From: an uncultured Vampirovibrionales bacterium
GTDB lineage: Bacteria; Cyanobacteriota; Vampirovibrionia; Vampirovibrionales; Vampirovibrionaceae
DNA length: 64,000 bases
Assembly (NCBI GenBank): GCA_964390635.1
Contig: CAYMIG010000006.1
Span: 108,995-172,994, forward strand
Direction of reading: 5' to 3'
A program made the position numbers and the translations under genes. Each line of letters starts with the position of its first letter. Position 1 is the first letter of the stretch. The notes under the pieces are model-generated. The model saw only the letters and a list, made by a program, of their open reading frames with translations. It was not told where the DNA came from and ran no database searches. Below are positions 47,988-56,996 of the stretch, piece by piece.

Positions 47988-48479
47988 TTATTTTGCCTTG
48001 CTAATCGTGAGCAGGTACGCGGGGAGAGGACGTTCCAAATGGCATTCCTCAGCGTCGAAGGCATGGAGGTCAAGTTGTTCGAATTGATGCTCGATATGCT
48101 GCCTCTGGAGCCATTTTCGGTGGAAATTAAATGTAGGCCCACTATTAGGCTCGGCTACATACCAGGGCACCACGGCCACCAGTTTGCCACCAGGTTTTAA
48201 TTGATCGTAGGCATGTTTGATGTGGGTAATGCACTGGTTGTTACTAAAGGGTGGGTTCATTAGGATGCGATCATAGAAACCAGGTTGGTTAAGTGCCAGA
48301 AAGTCATTGCCAATTACGTTATAGCCTTTACCGCGCAGCATTTCTCTCAGTTCGGCGTCGAATTCTATCAGGCGCAGGTCGATACCAAACACTTTACGGA
48401 GCTCTTTGGCAATGTTCCCCGTTCCGGCAGAGGGTTCCAGAACCTTCATTCTGGCTTTTATACCTGCCAGAGCCATCAT
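47988..48479 (-). CDS. Small class-I SAM-dependent methyltransferase with NPPF motif, in a low-GC (~47%) patch
   Basis: SAM motif VLEPSAGTGNIAKEL and catalytic ILMNPPFSN, the (D/N)PP(F/Y) motif of N6-adenine/amino-group methyltransferases. Start taken at the MMALAG ATG (48479); the ORF track extends to 48671 through GC-rich sequence. Confidence 0.65.
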   Translation of the reverse strand: MMALAGIKARMKVLEPSAGTGNIAKELRKVFGIDLRLIEFDAELREMLRGKGYNVIGNDFLALNQPGFYDRILMNPPFSNNQCITHIKHAYDQLKPGGKLVAVVPWYVAEPNSGPTFNFHRKWLQRQHIEHQFEQLDLHAFDAEECHLERPLPAYLLTISKAK

Positions 48480-48764
48480 TCGCTGAACCACGGCTGGCGG
48501 CGTTGGGACACAGTCCTTATTTTGCTGCAATCGTGCGGGGAAGGCTGCTCTAAAGTGAAGAGATACGGCGTCAGACCCAAATGGGGTCCGGGTTGAGAGA
48601 ACGTGTGGGGGGCTCCAGGGGGCTGCAAACTGAAAATCTGAGGAAGGCCGGCGATTGAGTTGAACAGACATAGCGATATCCCAGAAATCGAACTTGCACG
48701 GATGCCCGTATAAAACCGTCTTACTTGATATTGATGCTAAATGCGCTGAAGAAAGTGAATGGAG

Positions 48765-49463
48765 CTACTTTATTTGGACATTGAGGGTAAAAACCAGCGC
48801 ATGCACCACGCGGTCCGGGATGGTTTCCTGGTTCAGATAGCCGTTCATGTAACCTAGTTCCGCGTTGGCATGGTTGCCCAGCATGCGGTGGATGCCCGCA
48901 AAGGCCCGGTTCTGGTCAAATCCCGCCTGGGGGCCGTTATCCACCGAGTTGAAATTGATGAACAGCTCCTCTTGCAAGACGGCAGACCAGCGCTGCCCCT
49001 TGTCCAGGGGCAGCATCAGCCGAACCATGTGCCTGCCGCGCACGGAAGTTTCCCGGGTGTCCTGGATGAACCGTTGTTCCAGGCGGGTGCGGTTAATTAC
49101 CTTCAGCTTTTTCAATTCATGGTTCATTACCACCTGTTGGAACAGCCGGTTTTCGTTGCGATACGCCGGCACAAAAACCGGTGTCCAGGCGTAGCCCTGC
49201 CACACCGAGACCCGGGGATGCACTTGATAGCCTATGGCGGGTCGTACCAGGATGGCGCTGAAGTCTTGCCCCACGCGGGGTTGTACTTCCATATAGCCCA
49301 ACAGTTTTTTTTGGGGCTCCAGGGGTACGGTCAGGGTGACCACATCCCAGTTCTGAAAGTCCTGCGCGCGTTCCGCCGCCGGACATGACGCCATGCCAAT
49401 CCACAAACCAGCCAAGACCAGAAGCCATTGCCATCTGCGGTAGCGGATCTGTTGCATCTCCAC
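48765..49463 (-). CDS. DUF2490-like exported (probably outer-membrane) protein
   Basis: Signal peptide WQWLLVLAGLWIGMASCPAA; alternating beta-strand pattern. Confidence 0.5.
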   Translation of the reverse strand: MEMQQIRYRRWQWLLVLAGLWIGMASCPAAERAQDFQNWDVVTLTVPLEPQKKLLGYMEVQPRVGQDFSAILVRPAIGYQVHPRVSVWQGYAWTPVFVPAYRNENRLFQQVVMNHELKKLKVINRTRLEQRFIQDTRETSVRGRHMVRLMLPLDKGQRWSAVLQEELFINFNSVDNGPQAGFDQNRAFAGIHRMLGNHANAELGYMNGYLNQETIPDRVVHALVFTLNVQIK

Positions 49464-49474
49464 AGCCTCCGTGG

Positions 49475-50455
49475 TCAGACCGGAATCATCTCCATCTTGC
49501 GCTCGGCGGCTTCCAGCACTTTGACCACATTGTAGCCGTTCATGCCATCAGAACGGGGATTGTGCCCGTAACGGATACAGTTGATGAAGTGCTGGCACTC
49601 CAGCTTCAGCGGCTCAATCTCCATGTATTCCGGGTATTCCTCGATGGGGGTGGCCATGTCGTCTTTTTTGAAGATCTGCAGCTTGTTTTCGCCCTGGGTG
49701 TCGTCAATTACCGCCGAACGCTCGGTGCCCCGCACCACCAGCTTCACCTGCTTCACCGGATGCACCCAGCTGATGTGGATATGCCCGGCCACGTCGTTGG
49801 GAAACACCAGATCCAGGTGGGCGTCATCTACCAGGCCGTCTTCCCGGCTTTGGTAGCCGATGACCGAGACGATATCCTCCGGCTCCTGGTCAATCAGGTA
49901 GGCCAGCATGGACACGTCGTGCGGCGCCAAATCCCAGATGACGCTTTTGTCCGGGCGAAGCTTGTTGGTGTTCAGGCGGTCGCTGGCCACGCTCTTGATC
50001 TGTCCCAGGTAGCCCTCCTGAATTAGCTGGCGCAGGCGGTTGATGGCCGGATGATACAGCAGCAGGTGCCCCACCATCAGCACACGGCCCAGGTCGTTGG
50101 CCAGGTTGTAGAGCTCCAGGGTTTGTTCCGAGCTGGTGGCCACCGGCTTTTCCACGTAGACGTGCTTGCCGTTCAGGAGCGCCTCCCGGGCCAACGGGTA
50201 ATGGGTGTGGCTGGGCGTGGAAATAACCACCCCGTCAATAAAAGGGTCGGTAAAAATGTCCTCGAAGCGGTTGGTGACCTTCACCCGGTACTGGCGCTGC
50301 ATGTCCTTCAGCGCCTCCACGTTCAGGTCGCAGATGGCGTAGAGAAAGCCCAGGTTGTGGAAGTTGCGCACCAGGTTGCGTCCCCAGTTGCCGCAGCCGA
50401 TGACGGCAATCTTTTCCTGGGGCGGATTGTCCAGTTCGTCAAAAGGCAGGCTCAT
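49475..50455 (-). CDS. Gfo/Idh/MocA-family NAD(P)-dependent oxidoreductase
   Basis: IAVIGCGNWGRNLVRNF Rossmann N-terminus; family architecture. Confidence 0.85.
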   Translation of the reverse strand: MSLPFDELDNPPQEKIAVIGCGNWGRNLVRNFHNLGFLYAICDLNVEALKDMQRQYRVKVTNRFEDIFTDPFIDGVVISTPSHTHYPLAREALLNGKHVYVEKPVATSSEQTLELYNLANDLGRVLMVGHLLLYHPAINRLRQLIQEGYLGQIKSVASDRLNTNKLRPDKSVIWDLAPHDVSMLAYLIDQEPEDIVSVIGYQSREDGLVDDAHLDLVFPNDVAGHIHISWVHPVKQVKLVVRGTERSAVIDDTQGENKLQIFKKDDMATPIEEYPEYMEIEPLKLECQHFINCIRYGHNPRSDGMNGYNVVKVLEAAERKMEMIPV

Positions 50456-50552
50456 TGGAATCCGTTTTTTTGGGGTGGCTTTCGCTACAATAAAACAAGA
50501 ATACCACGCCCATGGGCACCATACCCCGAGCCGGCCCGATTAGAAAGCCCCC

Positions 50553-51686
50553 GTGATGAAATCGTTACGCAACCTGCCGATGCAAACCCGGCGCGACGCC
50601 TGGGTGGAAGTAAACCTGGACGCCATCGAAGGCAACGCGCGGGCCTTTCGGCGCCAAGTGCCCGCCCATGTAGACCTGATGGCCATTGTCAAGGCCGATG
50701 CCTACGGGCATGGAGCGGTGATGGTGCTGCCCACGCTGGAGGCGTCCGGGGTTTCCATGGCCGGGGTGGCAGCCATCGACGAGGCCATCCACATTCGGGA
50801 GGCCGGTATTAAGCTGCCGGTGCTGGTTATTGGTACGGTGCCGGACTGGGCGGTACAGACGGCGGCCAACTATGATATCCAGCTTACCGTGTTCGACCGC
50901 CACCACCTGTTTAGCCTTGAAAAAGCCTTCCCGCTGACCCGCAAGCCGGTCAAAGTGCACATTAAAGTGGATACCGGCATGCACCGCATCGGTATCGGCT
51001 GGGAGCAGGCCGCCGAATTCATCCGCCACTGCCAGGCACTGGAGTATATCCAGGTGGAAGGCATTTTCAGCCACCTGGCCGACAGCCACGACGAGGCCCT
51101 GACCCGCCAGCAACTGGCCCGCTGGCAGGCGGTGTGCCGACAAGTTGAGCTCCTGCCCCGCTACGTGCACATTGGCAATACGGGTTATGCGGCCCTGGGC
51201 TATGGGTTTGAAACCCCCAACAACCTGCTTCGCCTTGGCTATGCCTTCTATGGCTACGAGGCGCTGGCGGGGTGTCCGCTGAAGCCGGCCATGTCGCTGA
51301 AAGCCCGTATCATGCACATCCAGGATGTGCCGCCCGGCACCGGTATCAGCTACGGCCATACCTACCATACCCCGGCGGATCGCCCCACCCGCATCGCCAC
51401 CCTGCCCCTGGGCTATGCCGACGGCATTCCCCGCGTGCTCTCCAACCGTATCGAGGGCTTGCTGGGCGGGGTGCGCATCCCGCAGGTGGGCACCATCACC
51501 ATGGATCAGGTCATGTTCGATATCACCGCCTGTCCGCAGGCGGCCATTGGCGACACCATCACCCTGATCGGCGAGGACGGCGGCCAGGCCATCTGGCTGG
51601 ACGACTGGGCCGGCAAGGCCCAAACCATTCCCTACGAGTTGATGTGCGCCTTGCGGGTGCGCCTGCCCAAAACCTACACCCGCTGA
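50553..51686 (+). CDS. alr: Alanine racemase
   Basis: PLP-Lys motif AIVKADAYGHG. Confidence 0.9.
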   Translation: MMKSLRNLPMQTRRDAWVEVNLDAIEGNARAFRRQVPAHVDLMAIVKADAYGHGAVMVLPTLEASGVSMAGVAAIDEAIHIREAGIKLPVLVIGTVPDWAVQTAANYDIQLTVFDRHHLFSLEKAFPLTRKPVKVHIKVDTGMHRIGIGWEQAAEFIRHCQALEYIQVEGIFSHLADSHDEALTRQQLARWQAVCRQVELLPRYVHIGNTGYAALGYGFETPNNLLRLGYAFYGYEALAGCPLKPAMSLKARIMHIQDVPPGTGISYGHTYHTPADRPTRIATLPLGYADGIPRVLSNRIEGLLGGVRIPQVGTITMDQVMFDITACPQAAIGDTITLIGEDGGQAIWLDDWAGKAQTIPYELMCALRVRLPKTYTR

Positions 51687-51703
51687 AGCGGTACAATGGG
51701 AGT

Positions 51704-52630
51704 ATGCCTGGATTCATCTTCAAACGATTGCTGGGGGCGGCGCTGACCCTGTTTGCGGTCATCAGCCTGACTTTCGTGCTGCTGCGCGTCATGCCCGGCG
51801 GGCCGTTCGACCAGGAGCGCCAGTTGCCCCCCGCCATCAAGGCCAACATCGAGGCCCGCTATCATTTGGATCAGCCGTTGTTCCGGCAGTACCTCATCTA
51901 CATGGGTGGTATCCTGCGCGGCGATCTGGGCCCCTCTTTCAAGTTCAAGTCCCGCTCGGTGAATGACATCGTGGCGGAGGCCACCCGCACATCCGTCATC
52001 CTGGGCGGCATGGCCCTGGCCATTGGGGTGTTCCTGGGCATTCTGCTGGGCGCGGTGGCGGGGCTCAGCCGAAACCGCTTTGTGGATGCCCTGCTTTCAG
52101 TGGTGGGGGTGGCCAGCATTTCCACGCCGCTGTTTATCTTTGGCGGCCTGCTGGTACTGGTGTTCGCCCTCTGGCTGAATGTGTTGCCCGCCGCCACGCT
52201 GGAGAGCCCCCGCCATTATGTTTTGCCGGTGTTGTCGCTGTCCCTGATGCCCTTTGCCTATGCCTTTATGCTGATTCGCAGCGCGGTAAAAGAAACCCGC
52301 AGCAAAAGCTTCGTGCTGATCAAGCGCAGTGCGGGCCTGCCGGAGCCGGTGATTGCCCTGCGCCACATTCTGCGGAACTCTCTTTTGCCGCTGGTTTCCG
52401 TTCTGGGCCCGGTGGCGGCGGCGGTAATAACGGGCTCTTTCGCGGTGGAGTATATCTTTGCGGTTCCCGGGCTGGGGCGGCATTTTGTCACAGCGGTCAC
52501 CAACCGGGACTACACCCTGGTGATGGGCATCACCATTGTGTATAGCGTGGCCTTGATTGTCTTCAACATGCTCACCGATATTGCTTACGGCCTGCTCGAT
52601 CCCCGCCTGCGGGAAGGGGCCAAGGCATGA
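51704..52630 (+). CDS. Oligopeptide/dipeptide ABC transporter permease (DppB/OppB type)
   Basis: ATG at 51704 (MPGFIFKRLLGAALTLFAV...); EAA-type permease fold. The ORF track start at 51272 overlaps alr out of frame. Confidence 0.85.
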   Translation: MPGFIFKRLLGAALTLFAVISLTFVLLRVMPGGPFDQERQLPPAIKANIEARYHLDQPLFRQYLIYMGGILRGDLGPSFKFKSRSVNDIVAEATRTSVILGGMALAIGVFLGILLGAVAGLSRNRFVDALLSVVGVASISTPLFIFGGLLVLVFALWLNVLPAATLESPRHYVLPVLSLSLMPFAYAFMLIRSAVKETRSKSFVLIKRSAGLPEPVIALRHILRNSLLPLVSVLGPVAAAVITGSFAVEYIFAVPGLGRHFVTAVTNRDYTLVMGITIVYSVALIVFNMLTDIAYGLLDPRLREGAKA

Positions 52631-53484
52631 GCGGGGTCTGTGGGAGGCGGGCCGCGTCGAAACATTCACCTGGGCTGCTTTTTAGCCTGGGGATACTGCT
52701 GGTGGTGCTGGGCTTGGCGCTGCTGGGGCCTTGGCTGGGCCCGGATCCCACGCTCATTCGCCCCGACTTGCCCACCCTTTCGCCCTGGCCCCTCACCCCC
52801 CTGAGCGCTCAGCACTGGTTCGGCACCGATGACCTGGGCCGCGATCTGTTCAGCCGGGTAGCGGTGGGTGCCCGTATTTCGCTGCTGATTGGCCTGGCCA
52901 CGGCGGGGGTTTCGGTTATTATTGGGACGCTTTACGGGATTGCCGCGGCCATGTCCGAGGGACGCCCGCTGGATAACCTGTTGATGCGCCTGATCGACAT
53001 CATCTATTCGCTGCCGGGCCTGATGATTGTCATTCTGTTCAGCGTGTTCCTGGGCCGCAGCGTGCTTAGCCTGGTGCTGGCTCTGTCCCTGTTCAGCTGG
53101 CCGGATACGGCCCGCATCATCCGGGGGCAGATCCTGTTCCTGTGTCGGGAGGAGTTTATTGAGGCCTATCACAGCCTGGGGGGCTCGTGGCAGGGCTTGG
53201 TTATCCGGCATTTCCTGCCCAACCTGTCCGGCATGATGGTGTTGACCGCGACCATTACGGTGCCGCGGGCCATCCTGACCGAATCCACGCTCAGCTTCAT
53301 CGGGCTGGGGGTGGAGCCGCCGCTATCCAGCTGGGGAACCCTGGCCAGCGAGGGCTGGCAGCTGGTACGGGTCGCGCCCCATATGTTGTTGTTCCCGGCC
53401 CTGATGATTTTTGTCACCATGGTGGCCCTGAATTTGCTGGGTGAAGCCCTGCGGGAGCATTTCGATCCCCGAAGTGCCCTGTAG
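52627..53484 (+). CDS. Oligopeptide/dipeptide ABC transporter permease (DppC/OppC type)
   Basis: Overlaps the upstream permease stop by 4 nt; six TM segments; EAA loop. Confidence 0.8.
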   Translation: MSGVCGRRAASKHSPGLLFSLGILLVVLGLALLGPWLGPDPTLIRPDLPTLSPWPLTPLSAQHWFGTDDLGRDLFSRVAVGARISLLIGLATAGVSVIIGTLYGIAAAMSEGRPLDNLLMRLIDIIYSLPGLMIVILFSVFLGRSVLSLVLALSLFSWPDTARIIRGQILFLCREEFIEAYHSLGGSWQGLVIRHFLPNLSGMMVLTATITVPRAILTESTLSFIGLGVEPPLSSWGTLASEGWQLVRVAPHMLLFPALMIFVTMVALNLLGEALREHFDPRSAL

Positions 53485-53563
53485 CCGCCAAAAAATCCCG
53501 CTGGCACAAAAGGGCCTTGAAGGGTTTTTATGCGACGTGGTTTTTTTTGGAGTGAGTAGCGCC

Positions 53564-53881
53564 ATGACGGCGATTAGACCTAATTTTAGCGCAGCAGGCC
53601 CGTTGCGGGCCCCGGTTTCCCCGGTTCATGCCCCCGTGGGGACGAATGCCCCGGATGAACTCCGCTTTGGCCGCAACGGTCAGCGGGAAGGCCTGGTGGG
53701 GCGGCGTCGACACGACGGTAGCGTGGAGTGGGTTCCGGCCAGCCAGGCCATGCGCGATCAACAACGGTTGAGCCGGTGGGACAGCGGCAAGCGAGGCGGC
53801 GGCGGCAGCGGCGGCGATGACGAAGATCCGTTTATCAAGGCCATCAAGGAGTTGCTGGCTAAAGTCGGTATCCACTTGTAG
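53564..53881 (+). CDS. Hypothetical small protein (105 aa) with GGGGSGG segment and acidic patch
   Basis: ATG at 53564 with ggag RBS (ORF track begins at 53441); sequence MTAIRPNFSAAGPLR...GKRGGGGSGGDDEDPFIKAIKELLAKVGIHL. Confidence 0.4.
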   Translation: MTAIRPNFSAAGPLRAPVSPVHAPVGTNAPDELRFGRNGQREGLVGRRRHDGSVEWVPASQAMRDQQRLSRWDSGKRGGGGSGGDDEDPFIKAIKELLAKVGIHL

Positions 53882-53962
53882 AAAGAGGTATTACCCAACA
53901 GGGATACCGGCAATGGATGGGTTTTTCCATGCAATCGCACGTATTGCAGGTTGTAGTCGAAC

Positions 53963-54319
53963 TTAGTTTTTCTGGTCGGTGACCGTAATGAGGTGCCAGC
54001 CGAACTGGGTCTGGATCGGCTCGGACAGCTCGCCTACCGGCAGGGAAAAGGCGGCATTCTCAAACGGGGCTACCATCCGGCCCCGGGTGAAGTAGCCCAG
54101 ATCTCCGCCTTGCGAACCCGACGGGCACTTCGATACTTCCTTGGCCACCTGGGCAAAGCTTTTGCCGGCCAGAATCTCTTCGCGGCACTGCTCGGCTTGC
54201 TCCTTGCTGTCCACCAGCAGGTGGCTGGCGCGCACTTCAAACGGCTCGTTCACGTTGGATTTCCTCTTGTTGCTGCGACCGGGCCGGTAGAACAGGCCCT
54301 TGATAATCTGCAGAATCAT
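53963..54319 (-). CDS. Parvulin-type peptidyl-prolyl cis-trans isomerase (PpiC family)
   Basis: HLLVDSKEQAEQ...GGDLGYFTRGRMVAPFENAAF...FGWHLI. Confidence 0.85.
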   Translation of the reverse strand: MILQIIKGLFYRPGRSNKRKSNVNEPFEVRASHLLVDSKEQAEQCREEILAGKSFAQVAKEVSKCPSGSQGGDLGYFTRGRMVAPFENAAFSLPVGELSEPIQTQFGWHLITVTDQKN

Positions 54320-54370
54320 GGCGCTCTCCTGATTCCTTGCCCCAGACTATGCGCCAGGCAGGCGGCCAAG

Positions 54371-55090
54371 TCAAGCCTTGCGCCCAGATCGGCCCCCGGG
54401 CGCAGGGTGTTTGCCAGGCGGGGATGCCTGCTCAAAATCCCGATCCCAGGCTTGCAAGCCGTCGTTGCCGTGGGTAGTGGGGCCATGGACGCTGGGACTT
54501 TCCTGGGCGTGGATTTCCCCCAGCGTTCGTCCGCTGAGCGTGGAGGTGTTTTGTCGGCGGATATCCTCGTTGCGGGCGGCGTCATCCGGGTGTTTGATGA
54601 GCAGCCAGCGGTTGTCCCGGCTATCGGTTTGCCGATGCTTCAGCCTGACCAGGGAGAATGCGCCCCGCAGCTTTTGGCCGTTCAGAAACAGGCGAACATG
54701 GCCTGTGGTCAAGCCCTCCCGCAGTGCCCGTTCACTTTCCGCCCGGCTGCCGTCGGGGGCGGTGGCGTAGGTACCCGCATCCCACACCATCACCGTGCCC
54801 GCGCCGTAGTTGCCCTCGGGAATTACCCCCTCGAAGGTGCGGTAGTCCAGGGGATGGTCTTCCACCTGCAAGGCCAGCCTGCGATCCCGCGGGTTCAGGG
54901 AGGGCCCCTTGGGCACGGCCCAGCTTTTCAGCACCCCGTCCAGCTCCAGGCGGAAGTCATAGTGCAGGTGGCTGGCCGCATGCTTTTGCACCACAAAATT
55001 CAGCCCGGCATGCGGGGCGGGGGCGCCTTTTCCTTCGGGCTCCGGGGTTTTGTCAAACCGCCGCCTGGCCTGGTATTCCGTCAGTCCCAT
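54371..55090 (-). CDS. Stand-alone DNA ligase D 3'-phosphoesterase (PE) domain protein
   Basis: FVVQKHAASHLHYDFRLELDGVLKSWAVPKGPS is the LigD PE-domain signature. Confidence 0.85.
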   Translation of the reverse strand: MGLTEYQARRRFDKTPEPEGKGAPAPHAGLNFVVQKHAASHLHYDFRLELDGVLKSWAVPKGPSLNPRDRRLALQVEDHPLDYRTFEGVIPEGNYGAGTVMVWDAGTYATAPDGSRAESERALREGLTTGHVRLFLNGQKLRGAFSLVRLKHRQTDSRDNRWLLIKHPDDAARNEDIRRQNTSTLSGRTLGEIHAQESPSVHGPTTHGNDGLQAWDRDFEQASPPGKHPAPGGRSGRKA

Positions 55091-55269
55091 AGGGCACCAA
55101 TCTCCATGTCGGGTGGGTGCCCTTTATGCTAAAGGGCCCGCGCCCTCTTGCCATCGCTCGGGCGGCTAATGCCGCATGCCCGGGTGGCGGCGCATCCGCT
55201 GTAACAAACCGAACGATCATGGCTGGCAACGCCCGGGGCAATGCGCTAGCATGAGGACAGTCCGGTTTT

Positions 55270-55563
55270 TTGGTTTCCGAAGGTAAGCAGAGAGCCGCCC
55301 ACCGCGTGAATTTTCCATGCCCCCGATGTGCCGGCCCCGCCGCCGCTGGCGATACCTATTGCAAGGCGTGCGGCATGTTTTTTGCCTCCGCCCTGGGCGG
55401 GCAATCGGTTGGGTTGCCCGGACTGAACACGCTGTCGGGCAGACACCTGGAAATTCTGCAAATCATCTTTTTATGCCTGCTGTTTGGGGCCCTTGCGTGT
55501 ATTTATTTCAATCCCGGCCTTCTGGAGCCTGCTTGGCAGGCGAGCCATGAGGCGGGGAGGTAA
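55270..55563 (+). CDS. Possible small zinc-ribbon membrane protein
   Basis: CPRC...CKAC followed by a hydrophobic helix; convergent with the adjacent operon; weak. Confidence 0.3.
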   Translation: MVSEGKQRAAHRVNFPCPRCAGPAAAGDTYCKACGMFFASALGGQSVGLPGLNTLSGRHLEILQIIFLCLLFGALACIYFNPGLLEPAWQASHEAGR

Positions 55564-56235
55564 TCAACCGGCCAGCATGGCCAGGGCGGCCAGCCAGGGC
55601 TTTCGGCCTACCCGCCTTTTTCCGGCCAGCACGCCTGCCACCAGCGGGTCGGCGGTTTTGGGAACCTTGGGCCGGGGTGGGTGATTCAGGTGACGGGCCA
55701 ATTGCTGCTGCAAGGCCGAGGGGGCCCGGGGCGGAAAAACCAGGCTGATTGCAATTTGGCAGCCTTTTAGCTCACGCTGCGTTCCCTCGGCCCAGGTCCA
55801 CAGGGCGCCCTGGGTGGCGCTGAACGGGGCCAGCCCGGGCAGGCCCAGCCGTCCGTTCTGCCCCAGCAGCACGCCCAGCCGGCCTCGGCCTTCCACCCGC
55901 ATGCGGGTGATTATGGTTTCCAGCAGCTGGATGCCGTGGATGACGTTGACTGTGACCATACCGGCAAAGTCGCTTTCATCAAGGCAGGCCGCGCAGTGAA
56001 ACGCCGCGCCAGGTGTGGGTAAAGCCTCCAGGGCCTGCCAGTCGGGCCGGGCCAAATCGAATGGCTGCCAGCGAAGTGAGTGACCCTGTGCCTCTGCCCA
56101 TTGCATCAGGGCCAGGGGTTCGGTTCGGCTGAGAGCTATTACCTGCCAGCCACGCCGCAGCAGGGCCAGGATAATCTTCCGTCCCCAAAAACCGCTGGCG
56201 CCTGAAACCCAGGCGATCTGAACCGGGGCGCTCAC
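55564..56235 (-). CDS. NAD(P)-dependent epimerase/dehydratase-like short-chain dehydrogenase/reductase (SDR)
   Basis: GTG start (V/MSAPVQIAWVSGASGFWGRKI) overlaps the upstream stop as GTGA; Rossmann GxxGxxG. Confidence 0.7.
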   Translation of the reverse strand: MSAPVQIAWVSGASGFWGRKIILALLRRGWQVIALSRTEPLALMQWAEAQGHSLRWQPFDLARPDWQALEALPTPGAAFHCAACLDESDFAGMVTVNVIHGIQLLETIITRMRVEGRGRLGVLLGQNGRLGLPGLAPFSATQGALWTWAEGTQRELKGCQIAISLVFPPRAPSALQQQLARHLNHPPRPKVPKTADPLVAGVLAGKRRVGRKPWLAALAMLAG

Positions 56236-56996
56236 GGCGAAACGAACGCCTCGATGCGGGAGAAAACCTGCTCGCGTTCCACGTCCAGGCAAATCACATG
56301 ATCCGAATCGCTGAGCCAGCAAATTTCCTTGGGGGCCGGGAGTTTTTCCGCCAGGATATCCACGCTGGTGGGGCAAACCACCGAATCTTTCCGGGAATGG
56401 ATAATCAGGGTGGGTGCTTGCACCCGGTCCATTTCGGTGTGTACCAGGTCAATCAGCTCCAGGGCGCTTTTAACCGCCCCGATATTGAAGGTACGGAAGT
56501 AGGCCGCCTCGTGCGCCATGGCAACCATGTCCGGATCGTTGATGGGCAGCTTTATCCGGGGAATGTCCGGCACCAGGTGGCCGATTGCGCGCACGTAGGT
56601 TTCTGGCTGGGCTCCAAAGTACCACTCGTGGCGTACCTTCAGGAAGGGGGCCAGCAGCACCTGGCGGTGTACCGGGTAATGGGCGGCCAGGTGCAGGCCC
56701 AGCAGGCAGCCGGTGGAAAAGCCCACCACGCTGACGTGGGCGTGCTCTTCGGCCAGGTGGCGGTATTCTTGCTCCACATGGGCATACCAGTCCTCCCAGC
56801 GCGAAACCGGCATGCGGGGGGCCGGCGTGTCGTGGCCGGGATAATTGATGCCCTTTACCGAGTAGCCCAGCGCATGCAGGCGATCCCCAATCAGTGACAT
56901 CTCGTAAACCCCACCCCCCAGGCCATGCAGCAGGAGGAAGGCATGATCGTCCCGCTCGGTGGCTTTGCGATAAAAGGGCTGGTTGCTCAGCGCCAT
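56232..56996 (-). CDS. Alpha/beta-hydrolase (lysophospholipase/esterase-like)
   Basis: HGLGGGVYEM and nucleophile elbow GFSTGC; ATG at 56996. Confidence 0.75.
   Translation of the reverse strand: MALSNQPFYRKATERDDHAFLLLHGLGGGVYEMSLIGDRLHALGYSVKGINYPGHDTPAPRMPVSRWEDWYAHVEQEYRHLAEEHAHVSVVGFSTGCLLGLHLAAHYPVHRQVLLAPFLKVRHEWYFGAQPETYVRAIGHLVPDIPRIKLPINDPDMVAMAHEAAYFRTFNIGAVKSALELIDLVHTEMDRVQAPTLIIHSRKDSVVCPTSVDILAEKLPAPKEICWLSDSDHVICLDVEREQVFSRIEAFVSP

Noticed and set aside
47429-48142. 237-aa minus-strand ORF overlapping the 47341-47844 gene and the methyltransferase
   Set aside because: Frame-shifted overlap with two better-supported ORFs; no domain.
50565-51623. 352-aa minus-strand ORF
   Set aside because: Antisense to alanine racemase.
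51272-51703. N-terminal extension of the permease ORF back to 51272
   Set aside because: The extension overlaps alr out of frame. The true start is the ATG at 51704 (MPGFIFKR) just after the alr stop.
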